A stretch of 64,000 nucleotides of DNA. Source: Methanobacteriota archaeon (GTDB taxonomy: Archaea > Halobacteriota > Bog-38 > Methanoflorentales > Methanoflorentaceae). Positions 19,203-29,254 of the stretch are shown here, in pieces; the stretch's first letter is position 1, and every line of letters starts with the position of its first letter. The stretch is taken from positions 320,001 to 384,000 of the forward strand of contig CAVRAO010000002.1 of the NCBI GenBank assembly GCA_963719035.1, read 5' to 3'. The position numbers and the translations under genes are program-made. A model generated the notes under the pieces. The model had not been told where the DNA came from and did not search any database. It saw only the letters and a list, made by a program, of their open reading frames with translations.

Positions 19203-20453
19203 TCAAACGCGCTCGACTTCAAGCTCTTTAGCGCGTGCAGCAGCTTGTTTCAACGCATCATACGCTGGAAGCCCTTTGCCAGAGAGATAATTGATTAGTG
19301 CACCTCCGCCTAAACTCATATAAGAAAAACTGGTCTCGTCGATTCCAAGCTCGCGTATGGCCGAGAGCATATGGCCCCCTCCAACAAGTGAGAATGCCCG
19401 AGAAGAGCCGATTGCTTCTAGAAGTGCCTTAGTTCCGGTCGCAAACTCAGGAATCTCATAGACGCCTGCAGGGCCCTTCGTCACCACGGTCTTTGATTTG
19501 CTTATGATCGAACTATAAGCGGTTATCGTGTTTTTGCCTATATCAGCAACGATTCCAGAGCCTGGCAGGTTCTGCACGCTAACCTCAGTCCGCTTTCCTT
19601 CATCGTTATAGGCAAGATCTACGGGGACGCGTATCCAAGCGCCAAACCGGCTGAGCAGGTCCTTGACATCATCAACGTAATCAAGATAGTGTCTTTCTGT
19701 CAGCCAATTGACAGTCTTTTCACCCAGCTGCACCCCCCTAGCCAGCAGAAGCAACTGACCGAGCACCCCGCAGGTAAGCACATCATCAACGACACCCTTC
19801 TCCAAAACATACGTCATTACCTCAAGGATGTCATCAGGCTTGCTACCACCTAAACAATAAACGAGCGGACGCTCCGGGTTAACAAACACTTGCTGATCGA
19901 AACGGAGTTCCCGTTCCATGTTTCTGCCCGCGACAGACGGTAACGTTCGCGTGAAGCCCACGAGCGATGCGTGCGACCGATGAGCAGCTGAAAATGCATC
20001 ATTAACGAACACGTCAGCTAGCGAGCCCAACCTATGCACAAGAATAGTTTTTGCGTGCTCTTCGGGAGTCCGCTCAAGCGTTTCTTCGGCCAAGAATCTA
20101 ACGTTTTGCAGCAAAAGCACATCTCGGGGTTTCATTTCCTTAACACGCTCACGCGCTGCGACGCCTATAGTATCATCAACGTAGTCGAACGCCTCCCCAA
20201 ACGTGCTGCTCAGCACGGCTGCGTGTTGGTCTAGCGGCAGAAAGTCATAATCGCCAACCCTGCCTTGATGAGCAATCAAAACCACTTTTGCTTCACGATC
20301 AACGAGTTCATCAACTGTATTCCTTACCGCCTCAATACGCTTTGATTCAGAGATTCGCAGACTTGCCTGATCGACTGGTACGTTGATATCCACACGAAGA
20401 AGTACGGTCTTACCTTTAAGTTCCACATCGTCAAGAGTCAGAAAATCTAGCAT
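19203..20453 (-). CDS. pgk: Phosphoglycerate kinase
   Basis: LRVDINVP, AHQGR, NDAFSAAHR, GGGH, SLGGGA. Confidence 0.96.
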   Translation of the reverse strand: MLDFLTLDDVELKGKTVLLRVDINVPVDQASLRISESKRIEAVRNTVDELVDREAKVVLIAHQGRVGDYDFLPLDQHAAVLSSTFGEAFDYVDDTIGVAARERVKEMKPRDVLLLQNVRFLAEETLERTPEEHAKTILVHRLGSLADVFVNDAFSAAHRSHASLVGFTRTLPSVAGRNMERELRFDQQVFVNPERPLVYCLGGSKPDDILEVMTYVLEKGVVDDVLTCGVLGQLLLLARGVQLGEKTVNWLTERHYLDYVDDVKDLLSRFGAWIRVPVDLAYNDEGKRTEVSVQNLPGSGIVADIGKNTITAYSSIISKSKTVVTKGPAGVYEIPEFATGTKALLEAIGSSRAFSLVGGGHMLSAIRELGIDETSFSYMSLGGGALINYLSGKGLPAYDALKQAAARAKELEVERV

Positions 20454-20530
20454 ATTAACGAAAGCCTAGCGCGTTTCGGACAGATGAGTGTTTTGTCGGT
20501 TTAGATTTATTGCGCGTCAAGGTGCGTAAG

Positions 20531-21631
20531 TTACTCGATACCCCACTCCTTGCTGTGAATTTCTCGAAGTTCCTCCGGGTTATCCTGAAGACATTGTGGT
20601 GGCCTAAAGGAACCCATAACTCCCATTGCTTTGTCAGTTTTCCGAATAGATGCTTTGGCGTCTTTTTCAACCTCGGTGACTGCCCTAATGCAATCAATAT
20701 TATCTAAGATTATGTCGGCCTCTTGATGCACACCCTGCATAAAGAACACCTCTTTGTCTACAACGTTAACGCTCTCTTCCCAGATCGCAATCTCCCAGAG
20801 GTCATAGCGCGGTCGCCCCAAATCTCTGCTTAACTCGATAATCTCCGCAGTTGAGCCTAGACCGTCTCCAGCCCGCACCAACATTAACCGCATGCGGCTA
20901 TAAAATGCCTTGAGCACATCCTCGCGAGAGACGTCGTTTTCGACTTCGATCATGATATTATGTTGATGCATAAGTGTGGTCGGGACAAGCACGGCGATCG
21001 TCGCCACGTTCCACTTTGGCATCACGGTATTGACATCTGGACCGTGATGCGAGGGAACGGTCGGCGGATTTGGAATAATGGCGTTAATCGGTCCTTTCTT
21101 GATTTGAACCGGGTCTCCGCCCCTTCGCACTAGTACTGCTCGAGCCTTCTTAATGCCAGCCACGCTATCAACAGCGGATAGTGAGCGACATAGTCCGGTC
21201 GTGTTACAGGACACTACCCGAACATAATCCTTACCTATAGTGTCTTGATAGTTGCAGTAAGCGTTGAATGATGCCCCTATGGCGTCGTGTTTCTCTCCAC
21301 CTTCAAATATGGCCTTGATCCCGAGCTTCTTGTAGATCGATTCAAGATTCTGCGCACCCATCCCTTCAGGCGTGGCATCAACCACAACGTCGGCTTCGCC
21401 CAGCATATCCATAGTCGTACCGGCTACTTCCAAGCCTGCGGCATCAAAAGCTGCTATCTTGTCCTCTTCAGATGCATAAAGGCGGTAGCCCTTCTGATTA
21501 GCGACAAAGGCTTCAAAATTTGGCCGCGTTTTTGCTACCCCTACTAATTCCATGTCGTCCTGCTTAGCTACCGCATCTGCAACCCGCTTACCAATGTTTC
21601 CATAACCATTAATTGCTACTTTTACGGCCAT
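20531..21631 (-). CDS. gap: Archaeal (type II) glyceraldehyde-3-phosphate dehydrogenase
   Basis: [29 protein letters not shown]. Confidence 0.96.
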   Translation of the reverse strand: MAVKVAINGYGNIGKRVADAVAKQDDMELVGVAKTRPNFEAFVANQKGYRLYASEEDKIAAFDAAGLEVAGTTMDMLGEADVVVDATPEGMGAQNLESIYKKLGIKAIFEGGEKHDAIGASFNAYCNYQDTIGKDYVRVVSCNTTGLCRSLSAVDSVAGIKKARAVLVRRGGDPVQIKKGPINAIIPNPPTVPSHHGPDVNTVMPKWNVATIAVLVPTTLMHQHNIMIEVENDVSREDVLKAFYSRMRLMLVRAGDGLGSTAEIIELSRDLGRPRYDLWEIAIWEESVNVVDKEVFFMQGVHQEADIILDNIDCIRAVTEVEKDAKASIRKTDKAMGVMGSFRPPQCLQDNPEELREIHSKEWGIE

Positions 21632-21780
21632 TTACACCCCTCGTTCCAGTTTTCTTCGCCGAGACCGGTTTAGTGCCGATCTTAAAGCATGAAATCCACT
21701 CATCAAGTAATAAGTTTTGGGTTTCCTCTTGCAATCGTCGTTGCTTTGCGTTAGCAACTGCTATCGCCATACACTAACTT

Positions 21781-22926
21781 TCAATCGAACTGTATTAGCC
21801 TCGTCTGCGATAGATGCTTTTTCAAAAAAAGGGTGTTTGTTGGTACTTTGATGCGCGTTCGCACACTCCTAAGGGCGTCAGTCGGGCTTTCAAATATCAG
21901 TGGTTGCCGAGAGAACGCGTCCCTAACGAGCTCTCGAATAACCCAGCTCCCAAGAGGGATATCGTACGTCGGTTTTACTTCGCGTACAACGTAAATAGAC
22001 GCCTGCCTTCTAACTCGTTCCAGAAACTCGAGCGCTGAAAATCGCGCTGCATAGTAGCCGCCATCCATATAGGCTGGCTTATTCATCGCATCTTCGTACA
22101 AATCGCCTATCTCGACCTTGCCCCCCTGCGATACCCACATTTCCGTCCATCCGAAAGCATAGGCTCGAGGGATGAGGAGTATCTCGAAGTGGTTTCCAAA
22201 CGCTTCCGAGACAAAGAGCTGAACATCTGCGTTCTCTGGATAGTTCCGCACCCGCTTAAGCAGATTGTCGCCTAGCATGGAGTCAGTTGCAGTGATCGAC
22301 CAACGCGTCGGGACAATCAAGCGTTTCTTGCCCAATATGCCGACCGACAGAAGCCGACTAATTTGATACGAAGATATCGAAGCTTCGTACAAAACAACTG
22401 CTGCATCTGTTGCTTTGATGTCCCGATCATCGGCAAGCGAGTCTACTTTCTTGGGGACTTGTGGGTTCTCAACTATCTCTATGTCGGTCACGGTTCCGGA
22501 CGGGCCCATAGGCGTAAGGATGCCGTCAAACTGAAGAGTTCGTCTTGGCGGCTTTAAGAACTTCACCTCAACGTCGACAGGAAGCGCAGCCATTGCAAGC
22601 TCCTGCGTCTCCTTGAGTAGTCGGCCCGGATCGCGAGCGTCTTTAACGTTCAACTTAAAATTAGACCGAACTAGGTTTGATCTAAACCCAATTATTTCTT
22701 CCCTGCTCAAATGAAGCCATTTATCTGGCGTGTCACTAAGTGAGGCCTCTTCACGCACGGGGGAGACCAACGGTCCCGCAAGGACCTCAGGGTAGCCGAA
22801 TCTTCCAACAAACGCCGAAGGTGGCGTCGGACCAAATAGATCCTTGTCTAATGTACCAAGCTTAAAGGAGTTTAAGAGGAGCTCCTTCCGGCTTAAGTCT
22901 CCCGATGCAGCCCTCACAGTAAACAT
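21781..22926 (-). CDS. nreA: DNA repair protein Nre (DUF650/DUF651)
   Basis: PPSAFVGRFGYP, VPTRWSITATD, GGYYAAR, C-terminal PIP box QTRLIQF. Confidence 0.88.
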   Translation of the reverse strand: MFTVRAASGDLSRKELLLNSFKLGTLDKDLFGPTPPSAFVGRFGYPEVLAGPLVSPVREEASLSDTPDKWLHLSREEIIGFRSNLVRSNFKLNVKDARDPGRLLKETQELAMAALPVDVEVKFLKPPRRTLQFDGILTPMGPSGTVTDIEIVENPQVPKKVDSLADDRDIKATDAAVVLYEASISSYQISRLLSVGILGKKRLIVPTRWSITATDSMLGDNLLKRVRNYPENADVQLFVSEAFGNHFEILLIPRAYAFGWTEMWVSQGGKVEIGDLYEDAMNKPAYMDGGYYAARFSALEFLERVRRQASIYVVREVKPTYDIPLGSWVIRELVRDAFSRQPLIFESPTDALRSVRTRIKVPTNTLFLKKHLSQTRLIQFD

Positions 22927-22992
22927 GTTTGTCCCTGAAGATTTATATACAAAGGGTTGCGAAGCGCGCTATATCAAACAAAACGACCCTAG

Positions 22993-23756
22993 GTGAAGCA
23001 CATATTGATTTCAGAAGAGCATCCGCGCTATAAGTCACTCGCGCTGCGCAATAAGCTGGTGGACGGCTATGAAAAAGGTATCACGAGTGCTCACGGTCTC
23101 ATTGCGCACGGAAGAGGAGAAGCGTTCGATTACTTATTAGGGGAACAAACGAGCGAGAATGCGCTGAGCGCCACTAACGTTGCGTGTGCCTATTTGCTCA
23201 CTGCACGCTACCCGATTCTGTCAGTAAATGGGAACACCGCTGCACTTGCGTCAGAAGAAATAGCAGAGTTTTGCGCGATAACTGATATTCCTGTCGAGGT
23301 TAATCTGTTTCATCGATCTGAAGAGCGCATAAAGATAATCGCAGATCACTTACGCGCGTGTGACGTAGCTAACGTCCTAACCGGCTTTGACTTCATCAAG
23401 CTCGACCATATAGCCAGCAACAGAGCAAAAGTTGACAGAGCAAGGCATATTCAAAGCAGACGTGGTGTTCGCCCCCTTAGAAGACGGCGATAGGGCTCAA
23501 GCGTTGAGCTCAGCTCGGGAAAGTCGTTCTAACTGTAGACCTAAACCCGCTTTCTCGGACGGCAGTGACAAGTACTGTAACAATCGTTGACGAAGTCACG
23601 CGTGCGATGAAAAATTTGATTGGTTTGGCGAAGCACTTTAAAGGTGAAAATGAGCAAGCTAGACTTGACACGCTCAAAGCGAGTTTTGACAACGTTCAGA
23701 ATTTGAAAGCGTCGTACGTTGTCATGCAGAAGCGGCTTCAGTCTCTGGCGCAGTGA
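22993..23756 (+). CDS. Phosphopantothenate synthetase (archaeal PPS), two frameshifts
   Basis: HPRYKSL, AHGRGEAFDYLLGE, VNGN; GIFKADVVFAPLEDGDR and VDLNPLSRTA recovered in shifted frames. Confidence 0.88.
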
Positions 23757-23764
23757 TCAGATGA

Positions 23765-24217
23765 TCAGGTGCCGTTTAGTAAGTCTACGTCGTATTCAAG
23801 GTTGCTAGGGACTTTGACCGTGAAAACGTAGAGCTTATAACCGTGGTTCCTCGCAATCGCGATAGCCTCTTTTGAGACTTCTGATCGTTCAGTTTCTACT
23901 TTGGCTAAAACAAGCTCGTTGTTCGCTTGGACTACAAAATTGTAGAGCTTCTTGTCACTCAAGCCATTCAAAAAATCTACAAGTTTCTTCAATTCCTTCC
24001 ACGTTCGTGCGATGTATGCATCTTTCTCAACCGAGTTAGAGACGTACCAGTCGCGACTCATGTGAGGATACGCTTTGTACTGCTCGTCGACATCGTGGTA
24101 CGCTTTGAATATCCGCCTCGGATCACTTACAGTGATATACTTAAAGCCGCTCTTCTTGAAATAGCGACTAACTACAATTTCACCTATCGCATTGAGGTCT
24201 TCTTGTTCAAGTCGCAT
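23765..24217 (-). CDS. Hypothetical protein, possible degenerate PD-(D/E)XK nuclease fold
   Basis: 150 aa ORF with GGAG SD; GE..V.RYF..SGF and YNFVV....LVLAKVE pattern. Confidence 0.6.
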   Translation of the reverse strand: MRLEQEDLNAIGEIVVSRYFKKSGFKYITVSDPRRIFKAYHDVDEQYKAYPHMSRDWYVSNSVEKDAYIARTWKELKKLVDFLNGLSDKKLYNFVVQANNELVLAKVETERSEVSKEAIAIARNHGYKLYVFTVKVPSNLEYDVDLLNGT

Positions 24218-24335
24218 ACGAAAACTCCTTTAATCCACCTTACATAATAGCGTTTGCTGTATGATATTCCTTTTCAACTCCATTAAAACATAGAATAGGT
24301 AGAAATAAATATTATCATTTCTCGACGGATGATCG

Positions 24336-25022
24336 ATGACTGATCCTGAAAAGATCAAATGTACAGTGACGAACTGGAACTATATCTACGACCTATGCCG
24401 CGATCTGTCAGCGAGTGTAGTCGAGTCGGGATACGAGCCGGATGTCATAGTGGCGTTAGCGCGTGGAGGATGGTTTGCGGGCCGTATGATGTGCGACTTT
24501 CTCGGTATTTCCGACTTGATCAGCCTGAAGGTTGAGCACTACGTAGGAACCGCTCGCCTAGCGGATGAGTGTCGAGTACGATACCCCATCGCAGAAGAAA
24601 TGGTCAAAGGTAAGCGAGTGCTTATCGTAGATGACATCGCGGACACAGGAAAAAGTCTTCAGCACTCTTTAGATTACGTAAGAGAGTTCAAACCGACTGA
24701 CTGCAAAACAGGCGTTTTACAACTGCTCTTCACTTCCGAAATTACGCCCGACTATTACGCGGAGTTTCTCGAAGATTGGATGTGGGTGGTGTACCCGTGG
24801 AATTTTATCGAGGATATGATCGACTTAATAGTGAAACTGATGGCTAAAGAGAGAAGAGATATGTGGAACGAAAAGTCAATCAAGGCTGGATTAAACCATT
24901 CGTTCTCGATCGATCCTATCCACTTAGACATCGCTCAGCCCGGACGCCTCCCGGAGATCTTAAACGAGATGCAAAGGAGAAAGCTTCTAGAACGGAAAGA
25001 GGGCGGTTGGACGATGAAATGA
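24336..25022 (+). CDS. Purine phosphoribosyltransferase family protein
   Basis: ALARGG, PRPP loop VLIVDDIADTGKS, WVVYPW. Confidence 0.9.
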   Translation: MTDPEKIKCTVTNWNYIYDLCRDLSASVVESGYEPDVIVALARGGWFAGRMMCDFLGISDLISLKVEHYVGTARLADECRVRYPIAEEMVKGKRVLIVDDIADTGKSLQHSLDYVREFKPTDCKTGVLQLLFTSEITPDYYAEFLEDWMWVVYPWNFIEDMIDLIVKLMAKERRDMWNEKSIKAGLNHSFSIDPIHLDIAQPGRLPEILNEMQRRKLLERKEGGWTMK

Positions 25023-25873
25023 ACGCAGATGTTGCATTCATCGGTGGCTCTGGTTTCTATAACCCCGATATCCTTGAAGACCCAACGACGGTTGCAGTAA
25101 AAACACCGTTTGGCCCCCCCTCAAGCGACATAGTCCTCGGTCGGATCGACGGGACAGCTTGTGCTTTTCTAGCAAGACATGGGGAGGAGCACCGTTTTTC
25201 GCCAAGCCGCGTAAATTATCGTGCAAATATTTACGCACTAAAAACTTTGGGTGCCGTAAACGTTGTCGCAATTTCAGCAGTTGGCAGCCTCAAAGAAGAA
25301 ATCAAGCCCCTCTCAATCGTGATTCCCGATCAAATCTTTGATCGAACTAAGCTTCGTTCTAATACTTTCTTTGACGATATTTGCGTTCATGTAGGCATAG
25401 CCGACCCCTTTTGTGGGGGCCTGTCGCACGTGTTGTGGCAGGCAGTGCAACGGGTTGGGGGTTCCGTCAAAAAAGGCGGAACATACGTTTGCATAGAAGG
25501 CCCTCAGTTTTCGACACGGGCAGAATCAAACGCCTACCGACATATGGGCTTCGATATAATAGGAATGACTGCAATGCCGGAGGCCAAACTCGCAAGAGAG
25601 GCCGAAATGTGCTTTAGCATGTTAGGCACTGTAACAGATTACGACGTTTGGCGTGAAGACGAGGTCACTATTGAAACTGTGATAAGCAACGTTGAGAAAA
25701 ACTCAGTGAGCACGCAGAAAATAATCCGAGAAGTAGTGGCCTACCTCCCCCCAAAAGACGACACATGCGCTTGCAGACATGCACTTAAAGATGCCTTTGT
25801 GACTAACCTAGAGATTGTTTCAGACGAAACGCTTGAAAAGCTTCGTCCACTTGTGGGCAAGTACCTCAGGTGA
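25019..25873 (+). CDS. mtnP: S-methyl-5'-thioadenosine/thioinosine phosphorylase
   Basis: IGGSG, LARHG, NYRANI, EGPQFSTRAES, GMT..PEAKLARE, TDYD; ATGA overlap with upstream gene. Confidence 0.92.
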   Translation: MNADVAFIGGSGFYNPDILEDPTTVAVKTPFGPPSSDIVLGRIDGTACAFLARHGEEHRFSPSRVNYRANIYALKTLGAVNVVAISAVGSLKEEIKPLSIVIPDQIFDRTKLRSNTFFDDICVHVGIADPFCGGLSHVLWQAVQRVGGSVKKGGTYVCIEGPQFSTRAESNAYRHMGFDIIGMTAMPEAKLAREAEMCFSMLGTVTDYDVWREDEVTIETVISNVEKNSVSTQKIIREVVAYLPPKDDTCACRHALKDAFVTNLEIVSDETLEKLRPLVGKYLR

Positions 25874-25875
25874 TC

Positions 25876-26562
25876 TTACCGTCTGAGTCGGTGTTCTATC
25901 CTGCTCAATATGCCTCTTAACGTCCTGACTTCTGCTGCACTTAGTTCTGATCTGCTAAAGATGCGTTTCAGGGTCATATTTACGCGCTGACGCTTGTGCG
26001 TCGGAAAGTCGATCAGTTCGAGCACGTCGCTTACATGTTGCATCAATCGATCGAGGTCAGCATGCAATACAACCTCTCGTTTTGGACTGGCACTGGCCGT
26101 GCTGGCGATGCTATGCAATACAATAGCCGCTGCATGCGAAATATTCATCACCGGATATTCAGGGCTCGTTTCAACATTGACGATCATATCACATTCCTGT
26201 AACACTGCGTTTGGAAGTCCTTGATCTTCAGCGCCAAACAGTATCGAAGCGATGCCGTGCATTTCCGAGAGTTTGACGCCAAGTCTAGCAAGCGGGTACG
26301 GTGTTCTGAGGTTTGCTCTGGATCCAACAATTCCTGTGGTCCCTATCACTAAGTGTGAGGAGGACAAAACATCTTCAAGTATCGTTAGCCGCGCAGAATC
26401 GAGCACATCCTGCGCGTGAGAAGCCATTGCTTTAGCGAAGGGCCCCAGTATGCACGGCTGTATTAGTGCGAGTTTAGAGTAACCAAAATTCTTCATCACA
26501 CGAGCTACCGCACCCACGTTACCCTGATAAAGGGGATTTACAAGAACAACTTCAATATCCAT
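25876..26562 (-). CDS. SPOUT RNA methyltransferase, TrmJ/LasT family
   Basis: GNVGAVARVMKNFG, FGAEDQGL, YPVMNISHA. Confidence 0.9.
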   Translation of the reverse strand: MDIEVVLVNPLYQGNVGAVARVMKNFGYSKLALIQPCILGPFAKAMASHAQDVLDSARLTILEDVLSSSHLVIGTTGIVGSRANLRTPYPLARLGVKLSEMHGIASILFGAEDQGLPNAVLQECDMIVNVETSPEYPVMNISHAAAIVLHSIASTASASPKREVVLHADLDRLMQHVSDVLELIDFPTHKRQRVNMTLKRIFSRSELSAAEVRTLRGILSRIEHRLRR

Positions 26563-26672
26563 TGTAGCTCTTGATCAGCGACTACACCAACAATAGAACT
26601 CATTTTTTATTGAGGAAAAACGCTCAGCCTGCGTGAGACACTTAGTTTCGTGTGCAGAAATCATTCAAGCTG

Positions 26673-26991
26673 CTAATCATATTCGCGCCACGTGTAACCA
26701 CACGCAATACATCGAAAGAATCGGTACTTCGCTCTCGTCTGCAGAACGCAGTTGTCTAAGCCACCAATAAGCTTTATCGTTACCGCATTCTGCGCAATGC
26801 GCTTTAATAGTAGGTTTCCCCTCGTCCGACTCACTCTCTATTACCAACATCTGTCGCGCGTTCCGAGAGATTTCGTGAACGTGCTTTTTCTTGACCAACT
26901 GATCCTTCGCTTTTTCAAAACCACACGCTCGACACGTCAGGAGACCCTCTTCGGGAACCATAATGCTCTTGCATTTAGGACAGAATTCCAT
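26673..26991 (-). CDS. tfs: Transcription factor S (TFS), one frameshift
   Basis: FCPKC..CRAC, CAECG, QLRSADE; removing one base at ~26723 restores RFFRCIACGYTWREYD. Confidence 0.9.
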
Positions 26992-27206
26992 TCTTTCTCA
27001 CAGCTTCCGATCAAGCATCAAGCACTTATAAGAGAGAGCTTTGTTTTTCGTACCTTAAATACCTAGGGCGCCTATGAAACCTCGCTAATCTAAACTTCCA
27101 GCTAACGATGGAGAAGTCAAAAACGACGAGTCAAAATGGTTATATGCCAGTTTCATTATAAGGCGTTGTTAGTTAGTTTGGCGGCTTCCAACCCATTGGT
27201 GGATTA

Positions 27207-27977
27207 ATGCAGGTTTTATTGTGGATTGCACTTGGCCTTTTCGTTATTGCAACGCTCGCACCTCGTAAGTACGCATATCCGATCGGAGCTATCGGTTGGA
27301 TTTTTTTCGCCTTCCATTGGGCATATCAACCCGTGTATTACCTCGCAATCGACGATTATTTCAACGTCATAGCAACCATCCTTGTTGCGGTTTTTTGTGG
27401 CTACATTGCCTTTATAATGTGGAAGAAAGCTGATGATCTTACGCTTCTCATGACTAGAGCCGCGGCCCTGGGAGGTGTACTCTACTTCTCGTTTGCAGAA
27501 TTGGCCACTCTTAATCACGTTTTAATTGGTGCCGTCGCGTCACAGACTGCTTTGATATTAAATTTCGTCGGCGTGCCTGTAATTCAGGCTGATTGGAACG
27601 TTCTAACGCTAAACAACTACCCCGTCCAAATCATTTTAGGGTGTACTGGAATCGAAAGTATCGCTCTGTTCATTGGGGTCATTTCGTGCGTGCTTGCCCC
27701 CCCACGCAGAAAATTAGCGGCATTTATGGTCTCCGTTCCAACGATCTACATCTTAAATATTCTGCGTAATGCATTTGTTCTGACAGCCACTGGCAACCAA
27801 TGGTTTGGTTTGCCTGAAAACAGCTTCTACATTTCTCACAATATTATCGCGAAATTTGGATCGATTGGTGCCCTCATATTAATCTCGTACGCCGTATTTA
27901 AGCTGCTCCCAGAACTCCTCGAAATGGTAGTCGGTGTATTTAACTTGCTTAAGGGAGGCGTTATGCGTGCTGGCTAA
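27207..27977 (+). CDS. artA: Archaeosortase A
   Basis: Multi-TM; IILGCTGIESIA (catalytic Cys), LNILRN, SHNIIAK. Confidence 0.9.
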   Translation: MQVLLWIALGLFVIATLAPRKYAYPIGAIGWIFFAFHWAYQPVYYLAIDDYFNVIATILVAVFCGYIAFIMWKKADDLTLLMTRAAALGGVLYFSFAELATLNHVLIGAVASQTALILNFVGVPVIQADWNVLTLNNYPVQIILGCTGIESIALFIGVISCVLAPPRRKLAAFMVSVPTIYILNILRNAFVLTATGNQWFGLPENSFYISHNIIAKFGSIGALILISYAVFKLLPELLEMVVGVFNLLKGGVMRAG

Positions 27978-28554
27978 AGGATCTGAGTACTGGATTCTTG
28001 GCTCTTTCGCACTAACGGCGTTTATCGCTTTTTTCACGCCATATATGTACGTCGGGATTCTGATTATCCTCTTCACCCTTCTTTTTTTCAGAGATCCTGA
28101 GCGTTCCTCAAAGAGCTACGACTCCACTGATGTCGTGAGCCCCGCAGATGGACGGGTACTCAAGATACAGGATAAAAAACTCAGTATTTTTATGAACATT
28201 CATAATGTTCACGTCAATAGATCGCCAGTCGACGGCGAAGTTGTAGATGTTCAGTACCATAAAGGGGGCAGATTTCCTGCTTTTTACAAGGATTCGGATA
28301 GAAACGAGCGAAATATGGTTACTATTCACACCCGGATTGGGAATGTCATCGTTACGCAAATCTCCGGTGCAGTTGTCCGAAGAATCGTATGCTATGTTAA
28401 GCAAAATGAAAGTGTGGCACGAGGTCAACGGATAGGTATGATCCGATTTGGCTCACGGGTCGACGTTGTACTACCTCGCAATTATTCGTTTATCGTTTCA
28501 CCCGGGCAAAAGGTAAAAGCAGGAGAGACAACGATAGCTAAATTGCTCAAATGA
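27967..28554 (+). CDS. psd: Archaetidyl/phosphatidylserine decarboxylase proenzyme
   Basis: FFRDPER, SPADG, HVNRSP, IRFGSRVD autocleavage motif. Confidence 0.93.
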   Translation: MLAKGSEYWILGSFALTAFIAFFTPYMYVGILIILFTLLFFRDPERSSKSYDSTDVVSPADGRVLKIQDKKLSIFMNIHNVHVNRSPVDGEVVDVQYHKGGRFPAFYKDSDRNERNMVTIHTRIGNVIVTQISGAVVRRIVCYVKQNESVARGQRIGMIRFGSRVDVVLPRNYSFIVSPGQKVKAGETTIAKLLK

Positions 28555-28561
28555 TTGAGCG

Positions 28562-29254
28562 GTGCGTATGAGATTACCATTCAATGTTGAAATTAGAGGG
28601 CAAGATGTCGCCACAATAGTCAACCTTCTATTTGGCACTCTAGCCATCCTTTTTCTCGTCGAAGCTTATAAGCAAAATACAAGTATTGCTGCAGCTTTTA
28701 TCCTTATTTGCGTCCTAGCCGACGGAGCTGATGGAATTTTAGCTCGAACAAGAGGCCAAGAAAGCCTAGGGTTCCAGCTCGATTCACTTGCAGATTTTAT
28801 TTCTTTTGGCTTATTACCCTCAATTCTTGTTTATTATGTGGTAAGAGAAGCAACAGGAAATCGTAGCATCTTCTTCTTGATTTTCATTATCTCATTCATT
28901 TATACTGTCAGCGGGATGCTGCGACTTGCACGATACAACATTGCCCCCCAAGAGACGATCTTCCATGGGCTACCGATAACTGCGGGAGGGCTGATAATCG
29001 CGCTCTACGTTCTCGCGGGACTGCCCCCCGCCGGTTTGTTGGTTGTGACGCTTATTCTCGCAGGGCTGATGATTAGCGAAATCAAGTATCCCAAAATCAG
29101 AAATACGCTTACTCAAGCCGTCGTAGGAGGATTTCTGATCCTCATTCTCATCCTTTACGCTATTGGAACAAGCTATTCGATCGCTGCTCTCCTTCTTCTG
29201 CTGCTTTCGATTGTTTATATACTAAATCCGCTGTATCGGGGGTATCTTAGATAA
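28562..29254 (+). CDS. pssA: Archaetidylserine synthase (CDP-alcohol phosphatidyltransferase)
   Basis: DGADGILAR..GFQLDSLADFISFG, RLARYN, FHGLP. Confidence 0.92.
   Translation: MRMRLPFNVEIRGQDVATIVNLLFGTLAILFLVEAYKQNTSIAAAFILICVLADGADGILARTRGQESLGFQLDSLADFISFGLLPSILVYYVVREATGNRSIFFLIFIISFIYTVSGMLRLARYNIAPQETIFHGLPITAGGLIIALYVLAGLPPAGLLVVTLILAGLMISEIKYPKIRNTLTQAVVGGFLILILILYAIGTSYSIAALLLLLLSIVYILNPLYRGYLR

Noticed and set aside
23430-23515. Programmed frameshifting or stop recoding in PPS and other split genes
   Set aside because: No slippery heptamers; multiple indels per gene; sequencing error is simpler
24863-25018. N-terminal extension of MTAP in the ORF track
   Set aside because: It overlaps the upstream CDS; the ATGA-coupled start at 25019 fits the family
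27100-27120. CGATGGAG resembling a fluoride riboswitch
   Set aside because: P1 complement and downstream GCTRATGAC pseudoknot element are missing; no crcB nearby
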